Assembly (NCBI GenBank): GCA_051382295.1
Contig: JBBCAW010000085.1
Span: forward strand, 1-63,156
Length of the DNA stretch: 63,156 nucleotides
Origin: Bdellovibrionota bacterium FG-1
GTDB taxonomy: Bacteria > Bdellovibrionota > UBA1018
Direction of reading: 5' to 3'
The notes beneath the pieces were generated by a model. The model saw only the letters and a list, made by a program, of their open reading frames with translations. It had not been told where the DNA came from and made no database searches. Both the position numbers and the translations under genes were made by a program. How positions within the stretch are numbered: the stretch's first letter is position 1; every line of letters starts with the position of its first letter. Below, piece after piece: positions 17,001 to 26,748 of the stretch.

Positions 17001-17810
17001 TCACTCATCCACGCGAAACAAATCGATGTTGATCCCCACGAGTTGCTCTTCGGGGGAATCTTTGATGATTTGCACGGCATCACTCAGGGACTGCGTGAGA
17101 AGGGTTTTGATTTTTTGAGCATCGGCTGCGGAGAGCGATGAAACCGAGGAGTAGTGAAGGTCCTCTTCCGCATGATCTGAATGCATTTGGGTCATCGCTT
17201 GTTGTCGCCAATTGGCGTGATGTCGATGAATGGACGACGAGTCCTTGGGCAGATGGAGCTGCGTGGATCCGGGGGCGTATTTTTCGCCCTCTTTGACGAG
17301 TAAACCCACGCCGCAAAGAAAATCGAGAATTTCTCCGAGTTTTCTGGGAGAAATTCGGAGTGATCGTCCGAGCGCGGTGCGAGTCCTGAGTCGTGGGATG
17401 GTCACTGCCATATGGACGGCAGCGTAATGCCACGAACTGTAATAGACCCCTTGATTATCCTCGGACAAAACATTGGAAACTCCAATGCGTTCCTTGATCA
17501 GGTAATAACGTTCGCGAAGTTCCCTGAGTTGCTCTTCAAAAAATCGCTTGAGCGAAGGCGTGCCCGCACGCTGGATTTCAACGAGCAAGACAAAGCATCG
17601 AGCCTCATCGCGAGAAAGATCCAAGAATTGAGTTGCGGCCTCGCCTTGCTCAAGACTCAGGTGATAATCGCCATTGAGGACTTGGGAGATGTAAGCGGTT
17701 TGGCAGTGGGTGGCTTCGGCCAATGCTTTGCGAAACCCCCTGGGGCGCGAGTCGCCAAGTTCCGTTAAAAACGCCTTATAATCTGAATAATCAAAGACCT
17801 GCTTGCTCAT
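17001..17810 (-). CDS. TIGR02147/DUF4423 family protein (HTH-containing, expanded in Bdellovibrionota)
   Basis: VFDYSDYK.FL...LA.A..C...YISQVL.G...LS.EQ; YYSSW.Y.A.H; H.NWR. Confidence 0.85.
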   Translation of the reverse strand: MSKQVFDYSDYKAFLTELGDSRPRGFRKALAEATHCQTAYISQVLNGDYHLSLEQGEAATQFLDLSRDEARCFVLLVEIQRAGTPSLKRFFEEQLRELRERYYLIKERIGVSNVLSEDNQGVYYSSWHYAAVHMAVTIPRLRTRTALGRSLRISPRKLGEILDFLCGVGLLVKEGEKYAPGSTQLHLPKDSSSIHRHHANWRQQAMTQMHSDHAEEDLHYSSVSSLSAADAQKIKTLLTQSLSDAVQIIKDSPEEQLVGINIDLFRVDE

Positions 17811-17958
17811 GGTTTCCTTCACCTTTTCGGAAGTTTTGCTGCGTAAGTTAAGTATTACCTAATTAGGCGGCTCTTATTTAATAAAATTCACCTATATTGC
17901 ACCTGTGGGCTCGGTTATTAATTGACGCGTTGCAGTAATTTTAATAAAAGGAGTCCCT

Positions 17959-18828
17959 ATGCTGTTCCGTAAAGTCCTAAAATTTAGCCCGTTTATCGTT
18001 TTGACTGTTTTGAATTTACTCGTCCTTTCCATGAATGCTCATGCCGCGAAAGAGGGTGGGACGAGTGGCGGGGGTGGGAACACCGGCGAAATTCCAGTCG
18101 ATGAGATCCGAGCGGATATCCTTAAGTGGGTGAGCGAAGGCGGCGCCCAAGGTTTGAAACTTCCCGCGAGAACCTCTTATGACGAGTATCGGTCGTCGAT
18201 GACAAGGTTTCTGTTGCCTCACTCCGTTGTCCTCACTGCCGTGACGAGTGAGCAGGAAAAGGAAGAGGAGCGAAAGCCAAATCCGGATCCGGAGTTGATT
18301 GTGAAAGTCGAAGGGCAGCCTAAGACTTGCCGAGGTTTCGTGTCCATTCGTGATAACCGGCCGCACATGCTTTGCAACTCCGATCGATTCAAGGCCACCT
18401 CTCCCTCGGAACAGTATCGGCTCGTGCATCATGAGTATGCAGGATTGGCTGGGGTGGAGCAGAATATGGGAGCGTCATCGGATTATGAAATCTCAAATCA
18501 AATCACTGACTATCTGGTTCCTGAAACGGTATTGAGATTGTCGGTCAAGAAACACACATCAAAGGTCGTATCCGAAGATACGTGTGGATACGTAGAGTAC
18601 TTTTCTTACGGTACTCCTACGGCATCTAATCAATATCATGTTGTAATTTCTGATGACAGTCAGGATGATCCACGGTGGCAAGATTGTGGATTCGACCTCG
18701 ACAAAGCGGTGGAGGATAAACTCATTGGATTGGTGACCTTTGCAGAGAAGAACCGACTAAAAGTGTGTGTAAAGAAGAGTCCGATCGGACCCATGAGCGT
18801 CAGCTCCCTTTATTTGAAGGCGATTTAA
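17959..18828 (+). CDS. secreted hypothetical protein
   Basis: Signal peptide followed by EGGTSGGGGN; LVHHEYAGLAGVE motif; AGGAG RBS. Confidence 0.8.
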   Translation: MLFRKVLKFSPFIVLTVLNLLVLSMNAHAAKEGGTSGGGGNTGEIPVDEIRADILKWVSEGGAQGLKLPARTSYDEYRSSMTRFLLPHSVVLTAVTSEQEKEEERKPNPDPELIVKVEGQPKTCRGFVSIRDNRPHMLCNSDRFKATSPSEQYRLVHHEYAGLAGVEQNMGASSDYEISNQITDYLVPETVLRLSVKKHTSKVVSEDTCGYVEYFSYGTPTASNQYHVVISDDSQDDPRWQDCGFDLDKAVEDKLIGLVTFAEKNRLKVCVKKSPIGPMSVSSLYLKAI

Positions 18829-18861
18829 GAATGTGGATCTCAGTTCCGTTTGGAAGTGTAA

Positions 18862-18957
18862 TCTGCTGTCGATCAATCCGGAACGCTTAAGGCGGTCCAA
18901 GGCGAAAGTAACTTCTCCCTGGCTCAGGTGTGACGGATTGGCTTTCCATTCACGCAA
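18862..18957 (-). pseudogene. probable winged-helix gene remnant
   Basis: LSQGEVTFALDRLKRSGLID within ORF 18757-18957. Confidence 0.35.
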
Positions 18958-18968
18958 ACGCGGTTAAC

Positions 18969-19769
18969 TTAACGCCTAAATATCTCCGGATACGCTTTCG
19001 CTAACTCCCCTTTGAGTTTATCGTTGCTGCCTATTTGCGTGAGAAGTTTCTTTTTAATTTCGTAGGCTGCGCCTGAGTCTCCGCCGCGTTCAAAGGATGA
19101 GGCTAAGAGCGCCCAGGTTTCATAGTCATCCTCCGAAAGATGAGGCTTGATCGTAGTGGCGAGCCGTTTAGCTTCGGTCCAGTACTCATGTTCGTAGCAA
19201 AAGCGCAACGCGCGATAGGCTAGTTTGACGTCGCGGGGGGTTTGAGCCGTGGCGGCAAGCCACGCGCCGCGGGCGATTTCATTTTTGCCGTAAGAGGAAT
19301 AAATTTGCGCCATCTTGATGAACGGCGCGGGGTCGCCGGGTTTTTGCTCGGCCGCCTGCTTGAGGACACTGAGCGCGATATCCGGCGAGCCCCGCAGTTC
19401 GTAAAATACCGACTTCGCGATGACGAGTTCGGAACCCTCAAAGCCCGCCGCCTCACAACCTTCGATGAGCCAGCCGAGCTGATCGATGTGGTGGACTTGG
19501 GCTACGGCGTCCAGGGCAAGACGGCAACCTTCGGGGGAGAGCGCAAAGCTTTGGCGAAGCGGCTCGATCACTTCGGCCGCATGGAAGGGGAGATTGCGTT
19601 CAAGGCTGACTCGGGCTTCGGACAACGCCGCTTGGAACCGGAGTTCTCGGACCCCCAAGATTGCGCCCGCGAGGATGGCGCCGGCTGAAACGCTTAGTGC
19701 GACGAGTTGAAACCATCTTTGACGAGTGAGAGAACCCGAGGAATGACGGAAGAAAGAGGGAGGGAGCAT
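18969..19769 (-). CDS. membrane-anchored TPR protein
   Basis: N-terminal TM followed by TPR-like helices. Confidence 0.75.
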   Translation of the reverse strand: MLPPSFFRHSSGSLTRQRWFQLVALSVSAGAILAGAILGVRELRFQAALSEARVSLERNLPFHAAEVIEPLRQSFALSPEGCRLALDAVAQVHHIDQLGWLIEGCEAAGFEGSELVIAKSVFYELRGSPDIALSVLKQAAEQKPGDPAPFIKMAQIYSSYGKNEIARGAWLAATAQTPRDVKLAYRALRFCYEHEYWTEAKRLATTIKPHLSEDDYETWALLASSFERGGDSGAAYEIKKKLLTQIGSNDKLKGELAKAYPEIFRR

Positions 19770-19820
19770 TGCGTCTATTTTTGATGAGAGCCGGCTGGAA
19801 GTCTAGCCAAAAGGCAAAGG

Positions 19821-20744
19821 GTGAGCGACACTGGCTTTATGGATGGGTTGGTCGTCGCGCTTCTCCCCTTGCTGTTTTTGGTTCAGGGGCTTCTCGGTGG
19901 TGAACTCGACTCCGTGCGGTCGGTTCCGCCGAGTGAGGTCGAGGTCACTTATGCCCCCTATGATCCTCAGGTCGCGCGTGCGCTGGCCTTTGGACATTGG
20001 CCGGCGGCGGTCGATTGGCTGTGGATCCGGGCGCTCATTGACCCTGTGACTCAAAAAGTGGGGCCTGGGAAGCGCGCGAATATCTACTTTGGTCTCGATC
20101 TGGCGACCCAGCTAGATCCGGCTTTTTTTGATCTCTATGTGGCAGGTGGCCAGCTTTTGGCCGTGGTGCGTGGGGATGCCGCGGGCGCAATGGACCTCCT
20201 GCTGAAGGGCAACGATTTTAGGCGAAAAAAGCTGCCCTTTTACCCCAGTACTTTTGTGAGTCAGGAATGGGGTGCGTCGTGGCGGATTCCGCTGCTGATG
20301 GCCTATGTGTACCTTTTTGAACTCAACGATATGCCTCATGCGGCCCAAGCTTTCAAAGAAGCGGCTTCGATTGCGAGGTCTCCGCAGTATCTTCAAAAGC
20401 TGGCTCAGCGTTTTGAAAAACCAGGCGGGGAGTACGAAGTCGGGTTGCGGCTTTTGAACTTTATGATTGAGGGTGAAAAAGACCAGCGACTCCTGGATCA
20501 GCTCAAAGAGAAACGAAAAGCCCTCTACCTGGCGCAGTACTTGTTTCAGCTCAATGAATCCTTCCAGACTTTTTTAGTTTCCCGTCCTCATTATAAGGAG
20601 GGGCCGTTGAAAAGGTATTTCGACGAATTTGTGAAAGAATCCCGCACTCCCATTCAGGAACCTCTCGGAGGGGTTTTGAGTTTGAATGGCAGCGGAAAAA
20701 TTGTGACTTCGACTCCTCATCAAAAAGTCTTTGGACTTGAGTAA
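19821..20744 (+). CDS. PilG-like (myxobacterial-type) pilus accessory protein
   Basis: D.LWIRAL, AT.LDP.F...Y, L.KG...W.IP...AY.Y.FEL; directly precedes the ABC ATPase and permease. Confidence 0.6.
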   Translation: MSDTGFMDGLVVALLPLLFLVQGLLGGELDSVRSVPPSEVEVTYAPYDPQVARALAFGHWPAAVDWLWIRALIDPVTQKVGPGKRANIYFGLDLATQLDPAFFDLYVAGGQLLAVVRGDAAGAMDLLLKGNDFRRKKLPFYPSTFVSQEWGASWRIPLLMAYVYLFELNDMPHAAQAFKEAASIARSPQYLQKLAQRFEKPGGEYEVGLRLLNFMIEGEKDQRLLDQLKEKRKALYLAQYLFQLNESFQTFLVSRPHYKEGPLKRYFDEFVKESRTPIQEPLGGVLSLNGSGKIVTSTPHQKVFGLE

Positions 20745-20773
20745 GCAGGGGACTTTCCTTAATCTGAGAAGCT

Positions 20774-21676
20774 ATGGCCGATGTTGTCGAAATTTCCAAT
20801 GTCGATCGAGTGTTCAGATCCGGCTTTTGGCTTCGCCGCACCCAGGTATTGCATCAGGTCTCTTTGGCCGTACCGCAGCAGTCCGTATTTGGGCTGGTCG
20901 GTGCCAACGGTGCGGGCAAAACCACCCTGATCCAGCTGATCGTCGGGATTCGAAAGCCCACGCGCGGGAGCGTTTTGATTGGGGGCCTACCAGCTTGGAC
21001 GCTTCAGGCCCGGGCGCGGGTAGGTTATCTCCCAGAACGACCGTATTTTTATGATCATTTACGGGGCGAGGACTTTTTGCGCTTTTTTGGCGCACTCTCG
21101 GGCCTCACCCGCGCCCAAGTTCGGGATCGAATTCCCCAAGTCCTGGCGGCCGTAGGGATGACCGAAGCCCGCAAAATCGAGCTTAAAAAATATTCTAAGG
21201 GCATGCTTCAACGAATCGGGATCGCCCAGGCGATTTTGCATGATCCAGCGCTTTTGGTGCTGGATGAACCCATGAGTGGGCTTGATCCAGTGGGACGCAA
21301 AGAGATTCGCGAACTCATTATCGCTTTAGCGGCTCAGGGGCGGACCGTGTTTTTCAGTTCTCATGTGATCTCGGATGTCGAAGCTATTTGTGACCGCGTG
21401 GCGCTGATCCGTAAGGGGCAGGTGGTGCGCACCGGTCCAGTGCAGGCGCTTTTGCCGGAGCATGAGCCGAAAGTCGAACTGGGCTTGGGCAATGTGAGCG
21501 TGGAGCGGGTGGCGGCGCTTTCCGGGATGGAGGCAGTGCGAGCCATGCCCGATGGCGTACGGGCTTTGGCACAGGGCCAGAGTGCGGTCGATCGCGCGCT
21601 TGAGGTGCTGGTCCCGGGCGGAGCGCGAGTCTTGTGGGTGACACCGGTTCGGCCCTCCCTTGAGGATTTACTATGA
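20774..21676 (+). CDS. ABC transporter ATP-binding protein (PilH-like)
   Basis: GANGAGKTT, YSKGMLQRIG, LDEP, SSH. Confidence 0.9.
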   Translation: MADVVEISNVDRVFRSGFWLRRTQVLHQVSLAVPQQSVFGLVGANGAGKTTLIQLIVGIRKPTRGSVLIGGLPAWTLQARARVGYLPERPYFYDHLRGEDFLRFFGALSGLTRAQVRDRIPQVLAAVGMTEARKIELKKYSKGMLQRIGIAQAILHDPALLVLDEPMSGLDPVGRKEIRELIIALAAQGRTVFFSSHVISDVEAICDRVALIRKGQVVRTGPVQALLPEHEPKVELGLGNVSVERVAALSGMEAVRAMPDGVRALAQGQSAVDRALEVLVPGGARVLWVTPVRPSLEDLL

Positions 21677-22464
21677 ACGCCATCAAAACCGGGGTGGTTA
21701 CGCTGGCGCTGGCGCGGGTGACTTTTCGAGAAATCATTCGAGACAAGATCCTCTATAATGTGCTGCTTTGCGGGGTATTGCTTTTTGGGGTGGCGATTTT
21801 GGCTTCCCGCCTCATGATTCATCAAGAGCACCGCGTAATCTTGGATTTCGGGCTTTCGGCGGTGAATCTCTCGGGTTCGTTGTTAGCCATGTTGGTTGGG
21901 GCTTCGATTCTTTCGCGTGAGATCGATCGCCGCACGATTTTAGTGGTGCTGGCCAAGCCCATTACCCGTCATCAGTTTGTGCTCGGCAAGCTCTTGGGTT
22001 TGGCCGCAACGCTAGTCGTGAATTGGGTCTTGCTGTCAGCGGTTTTAGGCTTGGCTTTGTACGGTGCCACCGATGATCCGGGCGCTCTTTTTCAAAATGC
22101 TTTGGTTTGGGGTCTTGTCCTTCAATTGTTCCAGTCGTTGCTGATTGGCAGCGCCGCTTTTGCGATTTCGGCGGCCTCGACGACCTCCTTGGCGGTGATT
22201 ATTTCTATCGGGCTGTATCTGATTGGTAACAATATGACCGAACTCAATCAGGTGGCAGCCAAGACGGCTTCAGCGTTGGGACCACTGTTGCGTGCGAGTT
22301 CGTTCTTGCTTCCTCATTTGGAACACTTCACTCTGGGAACCCAGGTCACTTACAATCTTCCCGTTCCGTGGGAACAGGGTGGGATCGGGATCGCCTATGC
22401 GTTGGTCTGGATGGGTATTGCTTGGGTGTTGGCTGGAGTTTTTTTGTCTCTGAGGGAGTTGTGA
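21673..22464 (+). CDS. ABC-2 type permease (PilI-like)
   Basis: TFREIIRDK, EIDRRTI...LAKPI.R..FVLGK; 6 TM segments. Confidence 0.85.
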   Translation: MNAIKTGVVTLALARVTFREIIRDKILYNVLLCGVLLFGVAILASRLMIHQEHRVILDFGLSAVNLSGSLLAMLVGASILSREIDRRTILVVLAKPITRHQFVLGKLLGLAATLVVNWVLLSAVLGLALYGATDDPGALFQNALVWGLVLQLFQSLLIGSAAFAISAASTTSLAVIISIGLYLIGNNMTELNQVAAKTASALGPLLRASSFLLPHLEHFTLGTQVTYNLPVPWEQGGIGIAYALVWMGIAWVLAGVFLSLREL

Positions 22465-23258
22465 GAGGGAGTGATGCTCTGATGTGGGTGTTTTCGGCGC
22501 TCTTAGGTCTTGTGCTCGGGAGTTTTTTGAATGTCGTCATTGCGCGACTTCCAGAGGGGAAGTCCGTCGTGAGGCCGGGGAGTGCATGTCCGAGTTGTGG
22601 GGCACCGATTCGGTGGTACGATAACATCCCTCTTTTGAGTTTTTTGCTTTTACGGGCGCGCTGTCGATCTTGTCAGACTCCTATTTCGCTTCGCTATCCC
22701 TTAGTCGAGTTTTTGACGGCCCTTCTTTTCGTGGCCAGCGCTCAGAAGTACGGCTGGAGTGTTTCGCTTTTTTTAAGAGACTGGCCTTTGCTGCTTATCT
22801 TGGTGGCTGTGACCTTTATCGATCTTGATCGCCGGATTATTCCGGATCTTCTTAGCCTGGGTGGATTGATCTGGGCTTTGGCGACCTCATGGCTGGATCC
22901 GCGGATGGTTTGGTTTTTGGCCCCGGTGGGGGCCGCAGTGGGTTTTGGGCTTTTTTATCTTTTGGCGTGGTTCTATCTCTGGGGGGCGGGGCGGTGGGGT
23001 TGGGGGGGGGGGGATATTAAGCTGATGGGAATGCTGGGAGCGTTTTTTGGGCCCGCGGGTGTTTTTTGTGTGATGCTCGTGAGTTCGGTGCTCGGGACGG
23101 TGGTAGGGGTGAGTTGGGCGCTCGTAAAGCGTGATAAAAACCCTGAAACAGTAATGATGCACCTTGCTATCCCTTTTGGCCCCTTTCTTGTTGTCGGGGG
23201 TTTGTATTACTATCTATTAGGCGATTGGTTATGGCTCCCATTTACGATACCGACTTAG
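22461..23258 (+). CDS. pilD: prepilin peptidase / N-methyltransferase
   Basis: GSFLNVVI.R, CPSC...CRSC, FID, GGGDIKL, IPFGPFL. Confidence 0.95.
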   Translation: MRGSDALMWVFSALLGLVLGSFLNVVIARLPEGKSVVRPGSACPSCGAPIRWYDNIPLLSFLLLRARCRSCQTPISLRYPLVEFLTALLFVASAQKYGWSVSLFLRDWPLLLILVAVTFIDLDRRIIPDLLSLGGLIWALATSWLDPRMVWFLAPVGAAVGFGLFYLLAWFYLWGAGRWGWGGGDIKLMGMLGAFFGPAGVFCVMLVSSVLGTVVGVSWALVKRDKNPETVMMHLAIPFGPFLVVGGLYYYLLGDWLWLPFTIPT

Positions 23259-23842
23259 CAACAGAACGCTTTGCCAAAGACGAATGGAGCAATTACGAGC
23301 TCTGGGAGAAGGTCGAGGTGCGCCTTCGGCGGCGCAAACGATTTTGGATTGGGGCGGCCGTGGTGGCTTTTTTGAGTCTTTCGTCGGTTCCGATCGTGAC
23401 GGATCGGCTCCCTCAGTGGAAGGCGCTGGCCGCGACTCGTCGTTTAGCGCAAGAAATCAATCAGCTCAAACGCGAGGCGAGCCAGCACCATGGGGCGTTT
23501 CGGATTCGGTTTTTGGGAGGCGGCTCCCTAGCGTATCGCATTGAGCGGACTTTCAGCTGTTCAGCGACTGCATTCGAGGTCGTGAGGGAGGGGACACTGG
23601 TCACCTTATCGGATCTGCCCAAGTTCGTGCTTTTGAGCCCCGAGCAGGGCGCAAATATGGGCATTCGCGGGTTTTCTGAAAGTTTTTGCTATGACTTCCT
23701 CGCCGGCAGCGACTCGGTTTTGCGGGGCGAAACGATGGTGGGATTTGGAATCATGCCCGTCAATGATGTGACACAAGCTCGGTCTGATCGAATCGCAATT
23801 CTTTTGACAGCGGGACCCTCGGGAGAAATTTCATTCGAATAG
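23231..23842 (+). CDS. FimT/GspH-like pilin-fold protein without canonical prepilin signal
   Basis: TM followed by W..LAATRRLAQEI..LK.EA helix and beta strands; lies between pilD and pilM. Confidence 0.55.
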   Translation: MAPIYDTDLATERFAKDEWSNYELWEKVEVRLRRRKRFWIGAAVVAFLSLSSVPIVTDRLPQWKALAATRRLAQEINQLKREASQHHGAFRIRFLGGGSLAYRIERTFSCSATAFEVVREGTLVTLSDLPKFVLLSPEQGANMGIRGFSESFCYDFLAGSDSVLRGETMVGFGIMPVNDVTQARSDRIAILLTAGPSGEISFE

Positions 23843-23857
23843 GGGCCGTGATCAACG

Positions 23858-23886
23858 TTGCACAATTTCTAGTAGGTCTGTAGAAT
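23858..23886 (+). promoter_or_regulatory. sigma70-like promoter of pilM operon
   Basis: TTGCAC-17-TAGAAT, 9 nt before the ATG. Confidence 0.6.
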
Positions 23887-23895
23887 TTTTAGGTA

Positions 23896-24999
23896 ATGGC
23901 CTCATTATCACTGGGCGGATTGTCCCAGTCTTTGTCTAAGCTTTCGGGCTTGTTGTCTCTGGGGGGTGGGCAGACGTGTATCGGTCTGAGCATCGGGACC
24001 TCTTCGATCAAGTTGGTGGAGCTTAAAAAGACCGGAAAAAAATGGAAGTTTTTACGCTTTGGGATGGTTCAACTTCCTGAAAACGTCATTATTAACCGTG
24101 AAATTATCAATCAGATTGCCGTGGTGGAGGGCCTCAAAGACCTGACTGCGCAGCTCAATCTTAAAAATAAAAACGTGTGCACGGCGATCTCGGGGACTTC
24201 GGTGATTGTAAAACGGATGAGTCTCGAGGTTCCGAATCCTCGTGAGATTCAAGAGAGTGTTTTTTGGGAGGTGGAGCAGTACCTTCCTTTTGACGTGTCT
24301 GAAGTGGTCATGGACTATCATGTCCTCTCGCGTGGCAAGGACAATAAAACTGACGTATTGCTCGTGGCCATCAAAAAAGGGGTGCTCGATAGCTATATGA
24401 TTGCCGTCGAGAGCGCCGGCCTAAAACCCAAAATCGTCGACCTGGATTTTTTTGCGCTTCAAAATCTTTTTGATGCCAATTACCCAGTGGGCGCGCACGA
24501 GGCCGTGGCGATTGTTGATTTGGGCGCGAGCGCGATGAAGATCGTGATTGTCCATAACGGGGTACCGGTGTTGACCAAGGACGCGGCTTTGGGGGGTAAT
24601 AACCTTACGGCGGAAATTCAGAAACAGTTGAATGTGTCGTTTGTGGACGCTGAAACGCTCAAAACGGGGGGGCAAGCGGGAGGCATGCCTCAAGAGGTCA
24701 ATGATCTCATGCATATTGCGGCCGAAAATTTTGGAACCGAGATCAAACGGGCGTTGGATTTCTATAACGCTTCTTCTAGCGGAGCTCCCGTTTCTTATAT
24801 TTTACTCACGGGAGGGAGCGCTAAGATTCCACAGCTTTCCAAGGTGGTGGAGGATACCGTGGGGCTGCCCGCTCAAATCATGAATCCTTTTAACGCGATT
24901 TCGTATGATCCGGCTGTTTTTACGCAGGAGTATATGAATGCGATCGCACCGCTGGCGGCCATCCCGATTGGGCTCGCGATTCGAGCAGGGGCTAATTAG
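23896..24999 (+). CDS. pilM: type IV pilus assembly protein PilM
   Basis: IG.SIGTSSIKLVEL, QYLPF...EV..DY, LTGG.A. Confidence 0.95.
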   Translation: MASLSLGGLSQSLSKLSGLLSLGGGQTCIGLSIGTSSIKLVELKKTGKKWKFLRFGMVQLPENVIINREIINQIAVVEGLKDLTAQLNLKNKNVCTAISGTSVIVKRMSLEVPNPREIQESVFWEVEQYLPFDVSEVVMDYHVLSRGKDNKTDVLLVAIKKGVLDSYMIAVESAGLKPKIVDLDFFALQNLFDANYPVGAHEAVAIVDLGASAMKIVIVHNGVPVLTKDAALGGNNLTAEIQKQLNVSFVDAETLKTGGQAGGMPQEVNDLMHIAAENFGTEIKRALDFYNASSSGAPVSYILLTGGSAKIPQLSKVVEDTVGLPAQIMNPFNAISYDPAVFTQEYMNAIAPLAAIPIGLAIRAGAN

Positions 25000-25632
25000 A
25001 TGATCAAAATCAACTTAGCTCTCAAAAAACAGTCCACTTCGGTAGCCGGCGATTCTCGATCAGCGGCGCCTGGCGGCGGCGGAATGCTGGCCGGGATGAG
25101 GGACGTCAAGTTCGACGGCCTGAAAGACCTCCCGATTCGTAAACTGGCATTGATGGTGATCGTGGGGTTTGGCGCTACCTATTTGCTAGATGATTTTAAG
25201 GCAACTGAAATCAAAATAGTCGAAGATCAACTCGTCAAGGCGCGGGATGAACAGAGTAAACTGACGGCTGAATTGACGCGTACCAAGGGCTACGAAGACA
25301 TCAAGAAAACCTTGGATGCTGACGAACTCATGCTCCGAACCAAAATTGATACCATTCAAAAATTACTGGCTGACCGGCAGAATCCGCCAAAGATGATGAT
25401 GACCCTAGCAACGACGATTCCCCAGGATGTTTGGCTTAAGGGGCTCAAGATTAAAGATCGGGAAGTGAGTTTGCAGGGGGCTTCGATTGGCTTTAACTCC
25501 ATTTCTGATTTTATGAAGGGGCTGAACGAAAGCGCCTATTTTTCAGATGTGCAACTCAAAGGTACGCAACAGGAACGTGATGAACTCGGCTCCGATATCG
25601 CCGGCTTCGAATTGGTGGCTAAACGAAGATGA
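25000..25632 (+). CDS. pilN: type IV pilus assembly protein PilN
   Basis: MIKINL, TM, coiled coil, IP.DVWL, S.YF.DV.L. Confidence 0.9.
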   Translation: MIKINLALKKQSTSVAGDSRSAAPGGGGMLAGMRDVKFDGLKDLPIRKLALMVIVGFGATYLLDDFKATEIKIVEDQLVKARDEQSKLTAELTRTKGYEDIKKTLDADELMLRTKIDTIQKLLADRQNPPKMMMTLATTIPQDVWLKGLKIKDREVSLQGASIGFNSISDFMKGLNESAYFSDVQLKGTQQERDELGSDIAGFELVAKRR

Positions 25633-26309
25633 ATAACGAACGAATCAAAGAAGTTCTCGAACGCTTGCCGCTGGGATTTTTGTTGATCCTTTATATGGGC
25701 TATTTGGGCTTTGATTATTATTCGTTTACGACGGCCAGTGATTCTCCCTTACTGCAAAAACAGTCTGAAGTGGCCAACATCAAGAAGAACACGGTCGTGG
25801 TTCAGGAAAAACTCAAGGTTGCCCATGATTTTTTTAAATCGCTGGATGCCAAGCGTGGGGAAATTCGGCACCTGGCACAAGTTCTGGGTGAGATGAAGGG
25901 CTCGCTGAGTGCAGATGTGGACGTTCCCTCCTTTATGAAAATGGTCGTGACCGAGGCCAAAAAGGTGGGTTTGAATGTCATGGGCATTAAACCGATTGAA
26001 CGAAAGTCCCATGAGTATTATGAAGAACAGCCTTTTGCGCTCGGATTTAAAGGGGTTTACGTGCAGTTACTCGTGTTTTTGGAGCGACTTTCAAACGTGC
26101 AGAATATCGTGAGAGTTGATGACTTTGAAATTCGCCCCATCAGCGCGAGTGGGGCCCGGTTTGTGGAACTCGAAGGTGTATTACAGATCAAAACCTTCAA
26201 ATACCTGGGGACTAAGGCTGACGAAATTGGAAAGGCCGCCTATAAACCTCAAACGGTGCCAAGCGGTGCCCAGGCGGCTCCGGGACCTGCGAAGGGGGCT
26301 GGGCGATGA
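25629..26309 (+). CDS. pilO: type IV pilus assembly protein PilO
   Basis: TM, coiled coil, YYE.P...G.Y.QL..F...LS....IV. Confidence 0.9.
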   Translation: MNNERIKEVLERLPLGFLLILYMGYLGFDYYSFTTASDSPLLQKQSEVANIKKNTVVVQEKLKVAHDFFKSLDAKRGEIRHLAQVLGEMKGSLSADVDVPSFMKMVVTEAKKVGLNVMGIKPIERKSHEYYEEQPFALGFKGVYVQLLVFLERLSNVQNIVRVDDFEIRPISASGARFVELEGVLQIKTFKYLGTKADEIGKAAYKPQTVPSGAQAAPGPAKGAGR

Positions 26310-26737
26310 AGTCGCAATGGAGCCTCGCGCTGCTTTTGGTGAGTGGGATAATGGCAGGCGCTCAGGTGGCCTCGACGGCTGAGGTGCCTCCTGCGGATAT
26401 GATGAATATGCGAGATCCCTTCAAGCGCCCCACCATCAAGGCCGAGGTGATTCACCGCACCCCGCTTGAGATGTATCCTTTGGATCAAATCAAGATGCTC
26501 GGGGTAGTCACGGGGCCTAATAAAATGCGCGCGATGATGGGCACCCCCGATGGCAAAACGCATTTTGTGGCAGAGCGGGCAAAGGTGGGGGTACGCCAGG
26601 GGGTGATTATGAAGATCACCGCTGACCTCATTCGCGTGCGCGAAAAAATCATTAATGTTTTAGGGCAGGAGGAGAATGTCGATACTGACATTCTATTACC
26701 GCCTGAAGCCAAGGTGCAGGCGAGGTCTTCACGCTAA
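26306..26737 (+). CDS. pilP: type IV pilus assembly protein PilP
   Basis: RDPF, PLE.Y.LDQ.K..G. Confidence 0.9.
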   Translation: MKSQWSLALLLVSGIMAGAQVASTAEVPPADMMNMRDPFKRPTIKAEVIHRTPLEMYPLDQIKMLGVVTGPNKMRAMMGTPDGKTHFVAERAKVGVRQGVIMKITADLIRVREKIINVLGQEENVDTDILLPPEAKVQARSSR

Positions 26738-26748
26738 GAGGAGTTATT

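Noticed and set aside
18873..18940. Glycine-riboswitch-like pattern (CAATCCG-GAA...CCAAGGCGAAA...CTCAGG...GA-CGGATTG)
   Set aside because: The core CCGAAG and GGAGA motifs are not matched, no co-oriented gene lies downstream, and the opposite strand reads as a wHTH remnant. A cmscan with the glycine riboswitch model would settle it.
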